Shown here: positions 39,729 to 49,144 of the stretch, piece by piece
Layout of the letters: the number at the start of each line of letters is the position of its first letter
Position numbering within the stretch: position 1 is the first letter of the stretch
Origin: Bdellovibrio sp.
GTDB lineage: Bacteria > Bdellovibrionota > Bdellovibrionia > Bdellovibrionales > Bdellovibrionaceae
Assembly (NCBI GenBank): GCA_036677065.1
Contig: JAKFBS010000004.1
Coordinates: forward strand, 192,001-256,000
Direction: 5' to 3'
DNA: 64,000 nt
Translations under genes and position numbers: made by a program
Notes under the pieces: generated by a model
Told to the model about the DNA's origin: nothing
The model's database searches: none
What the model saw: only the letters and a program-made list of their open reading frames with translations

Positions 39729-41171
39729 ATGACATATGCAAATAAATTTTTAGCGGCATTCATTTTAACTTCAAGCTTATTGGCCGAGGCATCACCACGC
39801 ACGGTGATGGTGCATTTATTTGAATGGAAGTGGAACGATATCGCTCGTGAATGCGAAACGTACTTGGGGCCAAACGGTTTTGCCGGCGTGCAAGTGTCGC
39901 CGCCGAATGAACATGCTATTGTCGATGGTCAGCCGTGGTATCAGCGTTACCAACCGGTGTCTTATATTTTAAATTCTCGTTCAGGAAACCGTGAAGAGTT
40001 CGTCAACATGGTTAAAACTTGTAAAAAAGCAGGCGTTGATATTTACGTTGATGCCGTTATCAATCACATGACAGGTATTTTACCTCAGGGCGAAGAGCGC
40101 ACCGGCTCTTCGGGTTCGCGCTTTGGCCATTTTAGTTATCCAGATTACAGTTATAATGATTTTCATCACTGTGGCCGCAATGGCAACGATCAAATTAATA
40201 ATTACGGCGATCGATATGAAGTACAAAACTGTGCACTTGTTGGCTTAGCTGATTTAAGTATCGAAAAAGATTACGTGCGTGATCGCATTGCGCAATACTT
40301 AAATGATTTAGTTGATATTGGTGTTGCAGGTTTTCGCATTGATGCCGCAAAACACATGTCGACGAATTCTTTAAATGATATTTTAAAACGTGTTAAAGGC
40401 AATGCTTACATTTACCAAGAAGTCATCGATCAAGGTGGCGAAGCCATTTCTGCTCATGAATATTTTCAAAATGGAGATGTCACTGAATTTAAATACAGTC
40501 TTGATTTATCACGCGTTATGCAAGGTGGAAAATTACACTGGCTCAATGACAAAGCTCAATTTGGCGAGGGCTGGGGTTACATGCAAAGCCAAAATGCAGT
40601 GGTATTTGTAGATAATCACGATAACCAGCGCGGTCACGGTGGTGGTGGTCACATCTTAAATTATCAAAATGGTCGCGACTATGAATTAGCCAGCGTATTA
40701 ATGTTAGCTTGGCCTTACGGTTACCCGCAAGTGATGTCGAGCTTTGCTTTTACGAGCCCGAACACTTCGCCACCGGCATTTGCTGATGGCAGTACTAAGT
40801 CAGTTGATTGTTTATCACGCGCACAAGGCCCGCAAGCTCAAGAAGGTTGGGTGTGTGAACACCGTTGGCCAATGATTCGTGAAATGGTAAACTTCAGAAA
40901 TGTAACAAGCTCTAAATTTACTCTGAATAATTGGTGGAGTAATGGCCATAACCAAATCGCTTTTTCCAGAGGAGATTTAGGTTTTGTTGTGATTAATCAT
41001 GAAAACCAGGAATTAAAACAAACCCTGCAAACTGGATTGTCACAAGGTTTGTATTGTGATGTTTTAAGTCAAAACTGCGAGCGCAAAATTGAAGTGCGCG
41101 CTAATGGTGAAGCTGAAATTACAGTGTCAGCCCAGAACGCCGCTGCAATTCACGTCGGCCGCAGACTTTAA
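39729..41171 (+). CDS. Secreted alpha-amylase (GH13)
   Basis: HLFEW, DAVINH, GFRIDAAKH, YQEVID, FVDNHD and WVCEHRW motifs. Confidence 0.95.
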   Translation: MTYANKFLAAFILTSSLLAEASPRTVMVHLFEWKWNDIARECETYLGPNGFAGVQVSPPNEHAIVDGQPWYQRYQPVSYILNSRSGNREEFVNMVKTCKKAGVDIYVDAVINHMTGILPQGEERTGSSGSRFGHFSYPDYSYNDFHHCGRNGNDQINNYGDRYEVQNCALVGLADLSIEKDYVRDRIAQYLNDLVDIGVAGFRIDAAKHMSTNSLNDILKRVKGNAYIYQEVIDQGGEAISAHEYFQNGDVTEFKYSLDLSRVMQGGKLHWLNDKAQFGEGWGYMQSQNAVVFVDNHDNQRGHGGGGHILNYQNGRDYELASVLMLAWPYGYPQVMSSFAFTSPNTSPPAFADGSTKSVDCLSRAQGPQAQEGWVCEHRWPMIREMVNFRNVTSSKFTLNNWWSNGHNQIAFSRGDLGFVVINHENQELKQTLQTGLSQGLYCDVLSQNCERKIEVRANGEAEITVSAQNAAAIHVGRRL

Positions 41172-41378
41172 TTAGCCATGGCGGTGAGAGCCTGAGTGTT
41201 GTGAGGTGTGTTTAGACTTCACAGCTTTTCCAGCTCCACCGGTTTTTTTATTAACCGTAGCCCAGGCAATACGTTCACTGGCTTTTTCTGAGCGCCCTTG
41301 TTTTTTTTCGCTCTCTTCAATATGTTCAGCCATTCTTTTTTGTTTATCTGTGTATTTGGCTTTACTTCCTTTTGCCAT
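41172..41378 (-). CDS. Small basic stress protein (family often labelled plasmid stabilization protein)
   Basis: YTDKQKRMAEHIEES...ERIAWATVNK; AGGAGG RBS before ATG 41378. Confidence 0.75.
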   Translation of the reverse strand: MAKGSKAKYTDKQKRMAEHIEESEKKQGRSEKASERIAWATVNKKTGGAGKAVKSKHTSQHSGSHRHG

Positions 41379-41388
41379 AAAAATCCTC

Positions 41389-42312
41389 CTAATTGATTGG
41401 TAATCCGCCTGTGACGGGAATAACTGTTCCGGTAATATAACTTGAATCTGCATCTGATGCTAAGAACACATACAGCGGTGCAAGCTCTTCAGGTTGCGCC
41501 GGTCTTTCAATCGGCTGTTTTTTTCCGAAGGTTCGTATTTTTTCTTTTTTTGCACCTGCATCTGAAGGGTTAAGCGGCGTCCACACCGGGCCGGGTGCCA
41601 CCGCATTGACCCGAATACCTTTTTTTACTAATGATTGCGCTAAAGATTTTGTGAAAGTATTAATAGCCCCTTTGGTGGCGGCATAGTCTGGCAAATCATG
41701 AGGGCCCATTGCTGCAGTTTGTGAACTGGTAACGATAATAGATGATCCTTGTTTTAAATATTTAAGTGCAGCTTTTGCTAAATGAAAATAAGCGTAAATA
41801 TTTACTTTAAAAGTAAGATCCCATTCTTTAGTTGTGACTTCGTCTAAAGAATCTTTTCGCATTTGGTGGGCCGCATTGCTGACCAAAATATCTAAACCAC
41901 CTAATTCTTTGGCGGCCGTTGTTACAGCTTTTTTACAAAATGCTTCTCGGCTTAAATCGCCTTCAATTAAAACGCAGCGACGATTATAAAGTTCTACTAA
42001 GTGTTTTGTAAGCTCTGCGTCTTTACGTTCGCGGGCGGTATAAACGATAGCTACATCAGCACCTTCACGAGCATAAAGCACAGCTACGGCTCTGCCGATA
42101 CCGCTATCACCTCCGGTAATTAAGGCTTTTTTATTTTCAAGCTTGTTAGCCGAGCGATAAAGAGCGGCCTGCCACTGCGGTTGGTTTTTCATTTTATGTT
42201 CTAAGCCCGGAGATTTTTGTTTTGGTTCTCGAAATGGGGGTTGTGGACGGCTGAGCCTAGGTTGTTTTTTTAGCTGAGGTTTTGTTGATTTTTCTGAGTG
42301 TGCAGTGCGCAT
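41389..42312 (-). CDS. SDR oxidoreductase (YghA/general-stress type)
   Basis: ITGGDSGIGRA, YAATK, NAVAPGPVWTPL; Pro/Gln-rich N-terminal extension; start ATG 42312. Confidence 0.9.
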   Translation of the reverse strand: MRTAHSEKSTKPQLKKQPRLSRPQPPFREPKQKSPGLEHKMKNQPQWQAALYRSANKLENKKALITGGDSGIGRAVAVLYAREGADVAIVYTARERKDAELTKHLVELYNRRCVLIEGDLSREAFCKKAVTTAAKELGGLDILVSNAAHQMRKDSLDEVTTKEWDLTFKVNIYAYFHLAKAALKYLKQGSSIIVTSSQTAAMGPHDLPDYAATKGAINTFTKSLAQSLVKKGIRVNAVAPGPVWTPLNPSDAGAKKEKIRTFGKKQPIERPAQPEELAPLYVFLASDADSSYITGTVIPVTGGLPIN

Positions 42313-42343
42313 AATATCTTCTTTCGTTAAACACAAAAGTTTT

Positions 42344-42359
42344 TGCAAAACTAAGACCC
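42344..42359 (-). promoter_or_regulatory. sigma54-like promoter for the SDR operon
   Basis: GGGTCTTAGTTTTGCA, near-identical to the site at 42787. Confidence 0.6.
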
Positions 42360-42473
42360 GGTAAATAAGCGAGGCATTATAGTTCGATACTGTAGCAGGG
42401 CAGTGTGGCAAAAAAGTTTGGAATAAAAGTTGAACCTAATTTCACAAATAGTTCTCAACAAAAAGGAGACGTT

Positions 42474-42665
42474 ATGAAAAACGATAAAAATGAAGCTCCG
42501 CTTTCAAAAAAAGTTGGTGATAAACTAGAACGTGTAGGTCAAAAAATTTCAAATTCTGGCGCTGAAAAAATCGGTTCTTTTATCTCTAGAATGGGTGATA
42601 AGTTAGAACATTCTGGCGAGGATAAACCAGATACTGAAGACACTTTTAGAAAAACAAATAAATAG
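42474..42665 (+). CDS. Small hydrophilic CsbD/LEA-like protein
   Basis: AAGGAG RBS; GDKLE occurs twice; terminator follows. Confidence 0.7.
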   Translation: MKNDKNEAPLSKKVGDKLERVGQKISNSGAEKIGSFISRMGDKLEHSGEDKPDTEDTFRKTNK

Positions 42666-42688
42666 TTAATCGGAAAAAATCTAATTTT

Positions 42689-42727
42689 AAAAAAGGCCGA
42701 CGTTTCATGAAGACGTCGGCCTTTTTT
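42689..42727 (+). terminator. Intrinsic terminator
   Basis: AAAAAAGGCCGACGT-loop-ACGTCGGCCTTTTTT. Confidence 0.85.
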
Positions 42728-42786
42728 GTACCAAATTGTCTTATATAGGGCAGATCGTTGAGGCATTTTTTTATATATACAAAAAT

Positions 42787-42802
42787 TGGTCTTAGAGTTG
42801 CA
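42787..42802 (+). promoter_or_regulatory. sigma54-like promoter
   Basis: TGGTCTTAGAGTTGCA upstream of 42879. Confidence 0.6.
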
Positions 42803-42878
42803 ACGTACGAAAAAAAAGATTTGATTCAGAAAAGTTTTTTGCGAATTAAAGCTAATAAAATAAATATAAGGAGTAATC

Positions 42879-43616
42879 ATGCAACAAACAAAAAGTGCCT
42901 CATCAAAAAGAGGAGCTCACCCTACAACTAAACGTGCAACAGCAAAGCGCTCATCAACAGCTTCATCAGGAAGGTCACGTTCTAACTTAAGAGAAGAAGA
43001 TCAATATGAAAGATCAATGGGAACACGTGGTGAACGTGAAGGCTACGGACGCGATTCAGGCATCCGCGAATCAGGATTCGGTCGGGGCGACAGAACTGGT
43101 GACTATGGGCGCGAAGGCGTGCGCACAATCTCAGGCCGTTATTCTGATTTCGAAGACTACGGTGGAAGTTCCCGCAGCTGGCAAGATCGCGATGAGAGTG
43201 ACAGAGGATTTGCGCGCGGTGGTCGTCGCGGAGAGTACTCTTCATCTAATGACCAAGATTTTTACGAAGGAAGTTCAGGACGCAGTCCATGGCGCGGAAC
43301 CTACGATACAGACAGAAATGATACTTATCGTGGTTCTTCGCGCAGTCAGAATTATGGCGGGCAAGGCCGAGGATATTCTGAACATGAGTATGATGACGAC
43401 AGCCGAATGAATCCACGCGGTAGCCGCTACGGCAGTTATCGTGGATACAATGAAGGGGCAGATTACTCTGATCGCGACCGTAACAGTGAGCGTGAAAGCC
43501 TTTACGGCTCTAGTCGCGACCGTGATGAAAGAGGGATGAATAATTATGATAACCAAGATGAATCTGTTGAAGATGAATACGGTTATCGTCAACGTTACAA
43601 CGAAAACCGCTATTAA
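42879..43616 (+). CDS. Low-complexity R/G/S/D/Y-rich disordered protein
   Basis: AAGGAG RBS; almost no aliphatic residues; YG/RG repeats. Confidence 0.8.
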   Translation: MQQTKSASSKRGAHPTTKRATAKRSSTASSGRSRSNLREEDQYERSMGTRGEREGYGRDSGIRESGFGRGDRTGDYGREGVRTISGRYSDFEDYGGSSRSWQDRDESDRGFARGGRRGEYSSSNDQDFYEGSSGRSPWRGTYDTDRNDTYRGSSRSQNYGGQGRGYSEHEYDDDSRMNPRGSRYGSYRGYNEGADYSDRDRNSERESLYGSSRDRDERGMNNYDNQDESVEDEYGYRQRYNENRY

Positions 43617-43639
43617 ATAGCACAACAAAGGAGAACACT

Positions 43640-43792
43640 ATGAAAAAATCAACAGCCTCAAATCGCACGAGCAGAACTGCATCGAACTCTAGCTCGGGTT
43701 CTAGTTCACGCAGAACTGGCTCGCAATCCGGAAGTAACTCTGGAAGCAGTTCAGGCCGCGGCTCTTCAAACAGCTCACGCCAAGAACGCTAG
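43640..43792 (+). CDS. 50-aa Ser/Gly/Arg-rich protein (not in ORF track)
   Basis: AAGGAG RBS, ATG 43640, MKKSTASNRTSRTASNSSSGSSSRR...SSRQER, TAG 43792; terminator follows. Confidence 0.7.
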   Translation: MKKSTASNRTSRTASNSSSGSSSRRTGSQSGSNSGSSSGRGSSNSSRQER

Positions 43793-43814
43793 TTTTTTTT
43801 ACTATCGCAAATTT

Positions 43815-43848
43815 AAAGCCACTTGCCTTCGGGTAGGTGGCTTTTTTT
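43815..43848 (+). terminator. Intrinsic terminator
   Basis: AAAGCCACTTGCC-TTCG-GGTAGGTGGCTTTTTTT. Confidence 0.85.
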
Positions 43849-43907
43849 ATTTCCTATGCTAAAGCCGCGTAATTGCAGATGTTAGTCTGTATTTATGTCT
43901 CACACTG

Positions 43908-43935
43908 TTAAGTACTTCATCTTATTCAACGATAA
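43908..43935 (+). promoter_or_regulatory. sigma28-like promoter
   Basis: TTAAG-N15-AACGATAA upstream of 43962. Confidence 0.6.
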
Positions 43936-43961
43936 AGTATTTACCAACATGTGAGGTCATT

Positions 43962-44807
43962 GTGAAAAAGCTAACCACTTTAGTTCTGTTCTCGTTATTT
44001 TCGTTAAATGCTCAGGCCATTGATATGACAAAAATTCAGGTTCAATTAGGACAACTGGATTTTCAAAATAACAAAGGCACTGGTGTTTTAAATAATCTAT
44101 TACTTGAAACTGATGGTAGCCTTTCGCAAAGTGCAGACTCTTCAGCAGCTGCAGTGGCCACAAAAATAGAACTTTCACGCCAAGGTAAAACTGTAAAAGT
44201 AAATACCGGTGCCATGAATATCGTCGTGAAAAATGCCAACGACATGCTGACTAAGGTTCAAGAAATGCAAATTTCTAAATTAAGTGTGGCGATGGGATCA
44301 AGCCAGCATCAATTCAGCGTAGGTTCGGCGCACTTAAGTCATGAGTCGACGGGTGAAATTATGGCCGAAGATTTAAATGTAGTCTGTACGCACAAAAGCA
44401 CTGGCGCCTTAGATTTTTCAAAAGTTGTCGATCAGTGTTTAGCAAAATCTTCGATGCGCGCCGAGCGTTTAGAAGTTCCTGATATGAACAGTTTTTTTGA
44501 AGAATCATTGTTAGGTGTGCCACTACAGCCTGAAAGTGATGTTTTACAAACTGTCAAAGATCTTGAAATGGAAATCACTAAAGGTGATTTTGAAATGAGT
44601 CTAAAAATCAAAGGTATTCCGTTAGTGCGTTTAAAATCACTCGGCAATATTAAAGCTGACATGGTAAAAAAGCGCGCAACGATTCGTGTAGACAAAGTGA
44701 AGCTGGGTTTTATTGGTGTGACTGATATCGTTATGAATCAACTAAAGAAAAAACTCCCGCCAGAAAATTTTCGTGTAGAGTCTCCGTATATTTTTGTGAC
44801 GTGGTAA
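43962..44807 (+). CDS. Secreted hypothetical protein
   Basis: GAGG RBS, signal peptide ending AQA; beta-rich sequence. Confidence 0.8.
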   Translation: MKKLTTLVLFSLFSLNAQAIDMTKIQVQLGQLDFQNNKGTGVLNNLLLETDGSLSQSADSSAAAVATKIELSRQGKTVKVNTGAMNIVVKNANDMLTKVQEMQISKLSVAMGSSQHQFSVGSAHLSHESTGEIMAEDLNVVCTHKSTGALDFSKVVDQCLAKSSMRAERLEVPDMNSFFEESLLGVPLQPESDVLQTVKDLEMEITKGDFEMSLKIKGIPLVRLKSLGNIKADMVKKRATIRVDKVKLGFIGVTDIVMNQLKKKLPPENFRVESPYIFVTW

Positions 44808-44850
44808 TCAGATATTTGTAAGCCCTTAGTCCAGATCTGCTGGACTAAGC

Positions 44851-44878
44851 TTAAGTCGTGATATTAGAGCTCCGATCC
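44851..44878 (+). promoter_or_regulatory. sigma28-like promoter preceded by a hairpin
   Basis: TTAAG-N15-TCCGATCC; hairpin CTTAGTCCAG-ATCTG-CTGGACTAAG just upstream. Confidence 0.6.
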
Positions 44879-44902
44879 TAGACTTATCTAGGAGAACACC
44901 AC

Positions 44903-45442
44903 ATGACGAATCTTAATATAAAGCTCAACCTTACGACATTCTTTTTCGCTTTAGCCTTAGCTCTGCAATTTTCAGCTGCGACGGCAGAAGCAAAAACAGT
45001 AGAAGATATTCCCAATTTATTTAAAATGAACGACAACTTATACCGCGGTGGCCGCGTAACAGATGCGGGCATGAAGCAACTAAAAAAAATGGGCGTGACG
45101 ACAATTCTTAATGTCGAAAATGATGAAGAAGCTGTAGCCATTGATAAAAAGTTCGCAGCTAAATATGGCTTACGTTATATTTCAGTGCCATTCGAGACTT
45201 TTAAAAAACCAAGTGATGCTAAAGTTGATCATGTGTTAAAGCTATTACAAGATCGCAGTCTTGGGCCAATCTACTTACATTGCAAACATGGCCGCGACCG
45301 CACGGGAATGCTTATGGGTTTATACCGTGTTGAAGCTGAGGGCTGGCACCCAAAAGCGGCTTACAAAGAAATGAAAGACCGCGGTTTCAGAACCCTTATC
45401 TGGACATTAAACAGTTATTATAAAAACAGATCTGGTTACTAA
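44903..45442 (+). CDS. Secreted dual-specificity/Cys-based phosphatase
   Basis: Signal peptide, LYRGG, HCKHGRDRTG (CX5R). Confidence 0.9.
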   Translation: MTNLNIKLNLTTFFFALALALQFSAATAEAKTVEDIPNLFKMNDNLYRGGRVTDAGMKQLKKMGVTTILNVENDEEAVAIDKKFAAKYGLRYISVPFETFKKPSDAKVDHVLKLLQDRSLGPIYLHCKHGRDRTGMLMGLYRVEAEGWHPKAAYKEMKDRGFRTLIWTLNSYYKNRSGY

Positions 45443-45447
45443 GTTTT

Positions 45448-47382
45448 TTAGTGTAACGTTCTTACGCTGTGCTGGTAGATATAATGAACGGTCGAAACAA
45501 GCTGACGAAAATTTAATGGTTTAGTGATGTGAGCATCACAACCAGCGGCCTTAGTTTTTACCCGTTCCTCTAGCATGGCGTGTGCCGTAAGTGCGATAAT
45601 CGGTTTACTAAAATTTTCAGAGCGCAACGTGCGCGTGACTTCATAGCCATCAAGTTCAGGCATTTGAATATCCATCAAGACAATATCAAATTCATTTTTG
45701 CGGGCTAATTTTAAAGCTTCAGCTCCATCACTGGCGACCGTAACTTCAGCCCCATGATTAGCGAGCACATACTTAATCAGCTCTTGGCTATCCGGTGAAT
45801 CTTCAGCCAACAATATACGAACATGATTTAAATTAATTGTTACGGGAGGATGAGTGTTTTCTGGAATCTGGCAGCGGTTTTCTTCAGTGGTGACAAGGGC
45901 TGTGAATTCAAATGAGAATGTTGATCCTTCACCTAAACCAGTTTTAACGATTTGAATATCACCGCCCAGGGCCTGAGCTAAGCGTTTTGATAATGTTAAA
46001 CCAAGGCCCGTACCGCCGTATTTTCGGGTGGTGCTATTATCTGCCTGAGTGAACGGGCGAAACAAGCGTTCGGCCTGCTCAGATGTTAGCCCGATACCTG
46101 TATCGCAAATGTTAATTTTAAATTTACACTGATCGCCGATTAACATTTCGCTGTGAATATCAATGGTTACGCCACCATCTTTTGTGAATTTAACGGCATT
46201 GCCGATCAAATTAATTAAAATTTGGCGCACGCGGGTAGGATCAGATTTAATTCTGATCGGCACCCGACTGCCTAAATTTAAATTCAGAAAAATATTTTTA
46301 CTTTTAGCTTTTTCGCGAAACATAGCCAGAACTTCAAAAAGCAAATGATCAAAGGCTGTTTCTATATTTTCGACTTCTAAATGACCAGATTCAACTTTAG
46401 ATAAATCTAAGATGTCATCGATAATGCGCGAAAGACTACATCCATTTTTAATAATCATTTCTAAAAAGCGGTCTTTATCTGTTTCAGTTAAAGTCTTTTC
46501 TTTTAGAACTTCGGCAAAACCCATGATTGATGCCAATGGTGTGCGAATCTCGTGCGACATGTTCGCTAAAAACGTGGTTTTTAAGTTATTCGCGCGTTCA
46601 GATTCATCTTTGGCGCGGATTAGTTCTGATTGAGCTAATTTTTCTGTCGTGATATCGCGGTAAAAAATAGCCAGGCCGCCATCAGCCTTCGGGTAGACAT
46701 TCATTGCGGCCCATAGTTGTAATGGCGCATAGAATTCTTCAAACTTTACGCTCACTCGTTCTTTCATTACGCGCAAATAAGTTTCTACAAAAAGCGAACT
46801 TTGAAAAATGGGTGCTGGAAAAAATAATTCTAAAAAATTCTGGCCGATTTGTTTATGTCTTTTAATACGGGCAATGCGTTCATGGTAGGAATTTAATTGG
46901 GTGATTTTCCAGTCTTTATCGATGGCAATAAAACCCTCTTCAACATTTTCAATAATATCCACGATTTCATGTTGAGTTTGTTTGGTGTCATCAATATCGG
47001 TACAGGTGCCGATCCATGAAATGATTTTACCTTCGTTATTAAAATTTGGAACTGCACGAGTTAGAAACCAACGGTAGACCCCATCAAAACGACGAAGCTG
47101 ATAAACGACTTCGTAGGTCTTTCCCGCGGCTATGGCGGCATTCCAGATATCTAAAGTCATATTCAAATTATCAGGGTGGTGGGCTTGGCGCCAGCCATCG
47201 TGAAGCGATTGTTCTGCCGTTAAGCCTGTGAAGTCGTACCACTGTTGGTTAAACCATAACAGATCACCTTGGGAATCAGTTATCCATCCCAATTGCGGAG
47301 CTGTATTAGCAAGGGCTTTATAATGCTCTTGCGTAGTCGTGGTGTTCACCATCTGTTTCACAAAACCTCGTTTAGTCTTCAT
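45448..47382 (-). CDS. Cytoplasmic hybrid histidine kinase (PAS-PAS-HisKA-HATPase-REC)
   Basis: FLANMSHEIRTP, NAVKFT, DTGIG, GGTGLGL and LMDIQMP motifs; no transmembrane segment. Confidence 0.95.
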   Translation of the reverse strand: MKTKRGFVKQMVNTTTTQEHYKALANTAPQLGWITDSQGDLLWFNQQWYDFTGLTAEQSLHDGWRQAHHPDNLNMTLDIWNAAIAAGKTYEVVYQLRRFDGVYRWFLTRAVPNFNNEGKIISWIGTCTDIDDTKQTQHEIVDIIENVEEGFIAIDKDWKITQLNSYHERIARIKRHKQIGQNFLELFFPAPIFQSSLFVETYLRVMKERVSVKFEEFYAPLQLWAAMNVYPKADGGLAIFYRDITTEKLAQSELIRAKDESERANNLKTTFLANMSHEIRTPLASIMGFAEVLKEKTLTETDKDRFLEMIIKNGCSLSRIIDDILDLSKVESGHLEVENIETAFDHLLFEVLAMFREKAKSKNIFLNLNLGSRVPIRIKSDPTRVRQILINLIGNAVKFTKDGGVTIDIHSEMLIGDQCKFKINICDTGIGLTSEQAERLFRPFTQADNSTTRKYGGTGLGLTLSKRLAQALGGDIQIVKTGLGEGSTFSFEFTALVTTEENRCQIPENTHPPVTINLNHVRILLAEDSPDSQELIKYVLANHGAEVTVASDGAEALKLARKNEFDIVLMDIQMPELDGYEVTRTLRSENFSKPIIALTAHAMLEERVKTKAAGCDAHITKPLNFRQLVSTVHYIYQHSVRTLH

Positions 47383-47472
47383 GAGATACGCCTCTCGTGA
47401 TTGATTGTCTATAGGTTGTATAAATATTTTTTTATCGAGTTAAAGAGCTGTCAAAGATTTGTAAAAAAAATC

Positions 47473-47488
47473 CGGAATGGCCTTTGCA
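47473..47488 (+). promoter_or_regulatory. sigma54-like promoter for the RecQ-family gene
   Basis: CGGAATGGCCTTTGCA. Confidence 0.5.
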
Positions 47489-47525
47489 AAAAGCAGATTT
47501 AAAAACAATAATAGCGAAAGAATTT

Positions 47526-49034
47526 ATGTTAGAAAAACACCTTGCACAATATTTTAACCTGTTAAATTTCAGACGAGGACAGCTCGAAATTATCTCTGCT
47601 GTTTTGGCTAAAAAAGATGCCTTGGCGGTTTTACCCACAGGCGGCGGTAAATCTTTGTGCTATCAATTTCCTGCAACCTATCAGCAAAAGCTAGTTGTTG
47701 TGATTTCGCCACTGATTGCCTTGATGAAAGATCAGGTCATGTCTTTACAAAATCGGGGTGTTAAAGCCGGATGTTTATATTCGGGACAGACGGAATCCGA
47801 AAAACGACTAATTTTTTCACAGATCAACGAGGGTGGCTGTTACGTTCTGTATTTATCGCCTGAACGCGTGCAAAAACCAGGGTTTCAAGAGTGGATTAAA
47901 AATCGCGACATCGCTTTGTTTGCTATTGATGAGGCACACTGTGTGTCACAGTGGGGACACGATTTTCGTGAAGAGTATGCCGAATTAAAAATTTTAAAAA
48001 AACTTCGTCCTGATGTTCCGATATTAGCTTTAACGGCGTCGGCAACACCCACGGTATTAGATGATATCGCTAAAAATTTAGACTTAAAAAATCCAGAACG
48101 TATGGTGCATGGGTTTTACCGGCCAAACCTTTATTATCAAGTGGCCGCGTGCACGGATGATAAAGAAAAATCGCAAATGCTTTTACAAGGTATTAAGCAA
48201 CATCCAACAGGACGGGTGATCGTTTATTGTGGCACCCGTAAGATCACCGAAGAGCTTGCTGCTTTTTTGCAAGAACGCATGGAAAAAGTTGGATTTTATC
48301 ACGCCGGTTTAAGCCAAAACGAACGCACACAAATGCAAACTGATTATGCCTCTGGAAAATTACGCATTCTTGTGGCTACGAATGCTTTTGGTATGGGGAT
48401 CGATCAGCCTGATGTAAGACTTGTCGTACATTTTCAAATGCCAGCCAATATTGATTCACTTTATCAAGAAATGGGCAGAGCTGGTCGTGATGAGCAGCCA
48501 TCAACGTGTTTGTTATTGTACGCCAAAAAAGACAAAGGGTTACAGTCATTTTTTATTACCAGCTCTCAGGCGACAAAACCGATTAAAGATTTACGCTGGC
48601 GAAATTTGAATGCGTTAGTCAGTTATTGTGAAGTGGCTGAATGCCGTCACGCAGAAATTTTAACGTATTATAAAGATTCAACCCGGTTAAAAGCCTGCGG
48701 CCACTGCGATGCCTGTGACCCAAAATCTGCGCGTCTGATTCAAAAACCAGAGGTTGTTACCGTTCTAAAAAAATCTTCATCTAAAAAAATCTCAGCAAAT
48801 TCGAATTTATCTGCGATCGAAGATGCACGTTTTCAAATTTTGCGAAAATGGAGAAAAGCAAAAGCTGAAGAATTAGATATTCCGGCCTTTGTGGTATTCG
48901 GTGATAAAACTCTTATCGATATCGCACAAAAAAATCCACAGAGCTTAGATGAACTTAAAAATATTTACGGCATTGGCGAAGCCAAGTTAGAAAAATTTGG
49001 CTGGGATTTATTAGCACAGTTAGGTGACAGCTAA
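47526..49034 (+). CDS. recQ: RecQ-family DNA helicase with HRDC domain
   Basis: PTGGGKSLCYQ, DEAHCVSQWGHDFR, QEMGRAGRD, CGHCDAC Zn site, C-terminal HRDC. Confidence 0.9.
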   Translation: MLEKHLAQYFNLLNFRRGQLEIISAVLAKKDALAVLPTGGGKSLCYQFPATYQQKLVVVISPLIALMKDQVMSLQNRGVKAGCLYSGQTESEKRLIFSQINEGGCYVLYLSPERVQKPGFQEWIKNRDIALFAIDEAHCVSQWGHDFREEYAELKILKKLRPDVPILALTASATPTVLDDIAKNLDLKNPERMVHGFYRPNLYYQVAACTDDKEKSQMLLQGIKQHPTGRVIVYCGTRKITEELAAFLQERMEKVGFYHAGLSQNERTQMQTDYASGKLRILVATNAFGMGIDQPDVRLVVHFQMPANIDSLYQEMGRAGRDEQPSTCLLLYAKKDKGLQSFFITSSQATKPIKDLRWRNLNALVSYCEVAECRHAEILTYYKDSTRLKACGHCDACDPKSARLIQKPEVVTVLKKSSSKKISANSNLSAIEDARFQILRKWRKAKAEELDIPAFVVFGDKTLIDIAQKNPQSLDELKNIYGIGEAKLEKFGWDLLAQLGDS

Positions 49035-49109
49035 GCCAGAAGTAGTTTGAATTACACCTACCTCGGACCAGATTCTCTAGAACTTTGGTCCTAAATTCGC
49101 GTTCTAAAT

Positions 49110-49137
49110 TATGCTTAATTTATAAACATGTCGATAA
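49110..49137 (+). promoter_or_regulatory. sigma28-like promoter (weak -35)
   Basis: TATGC-N15-GTCGATAA, 7 nt before ATG 49145. Confidence 0.45.
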
Positions 49138-49144
49138 TAGAGGT

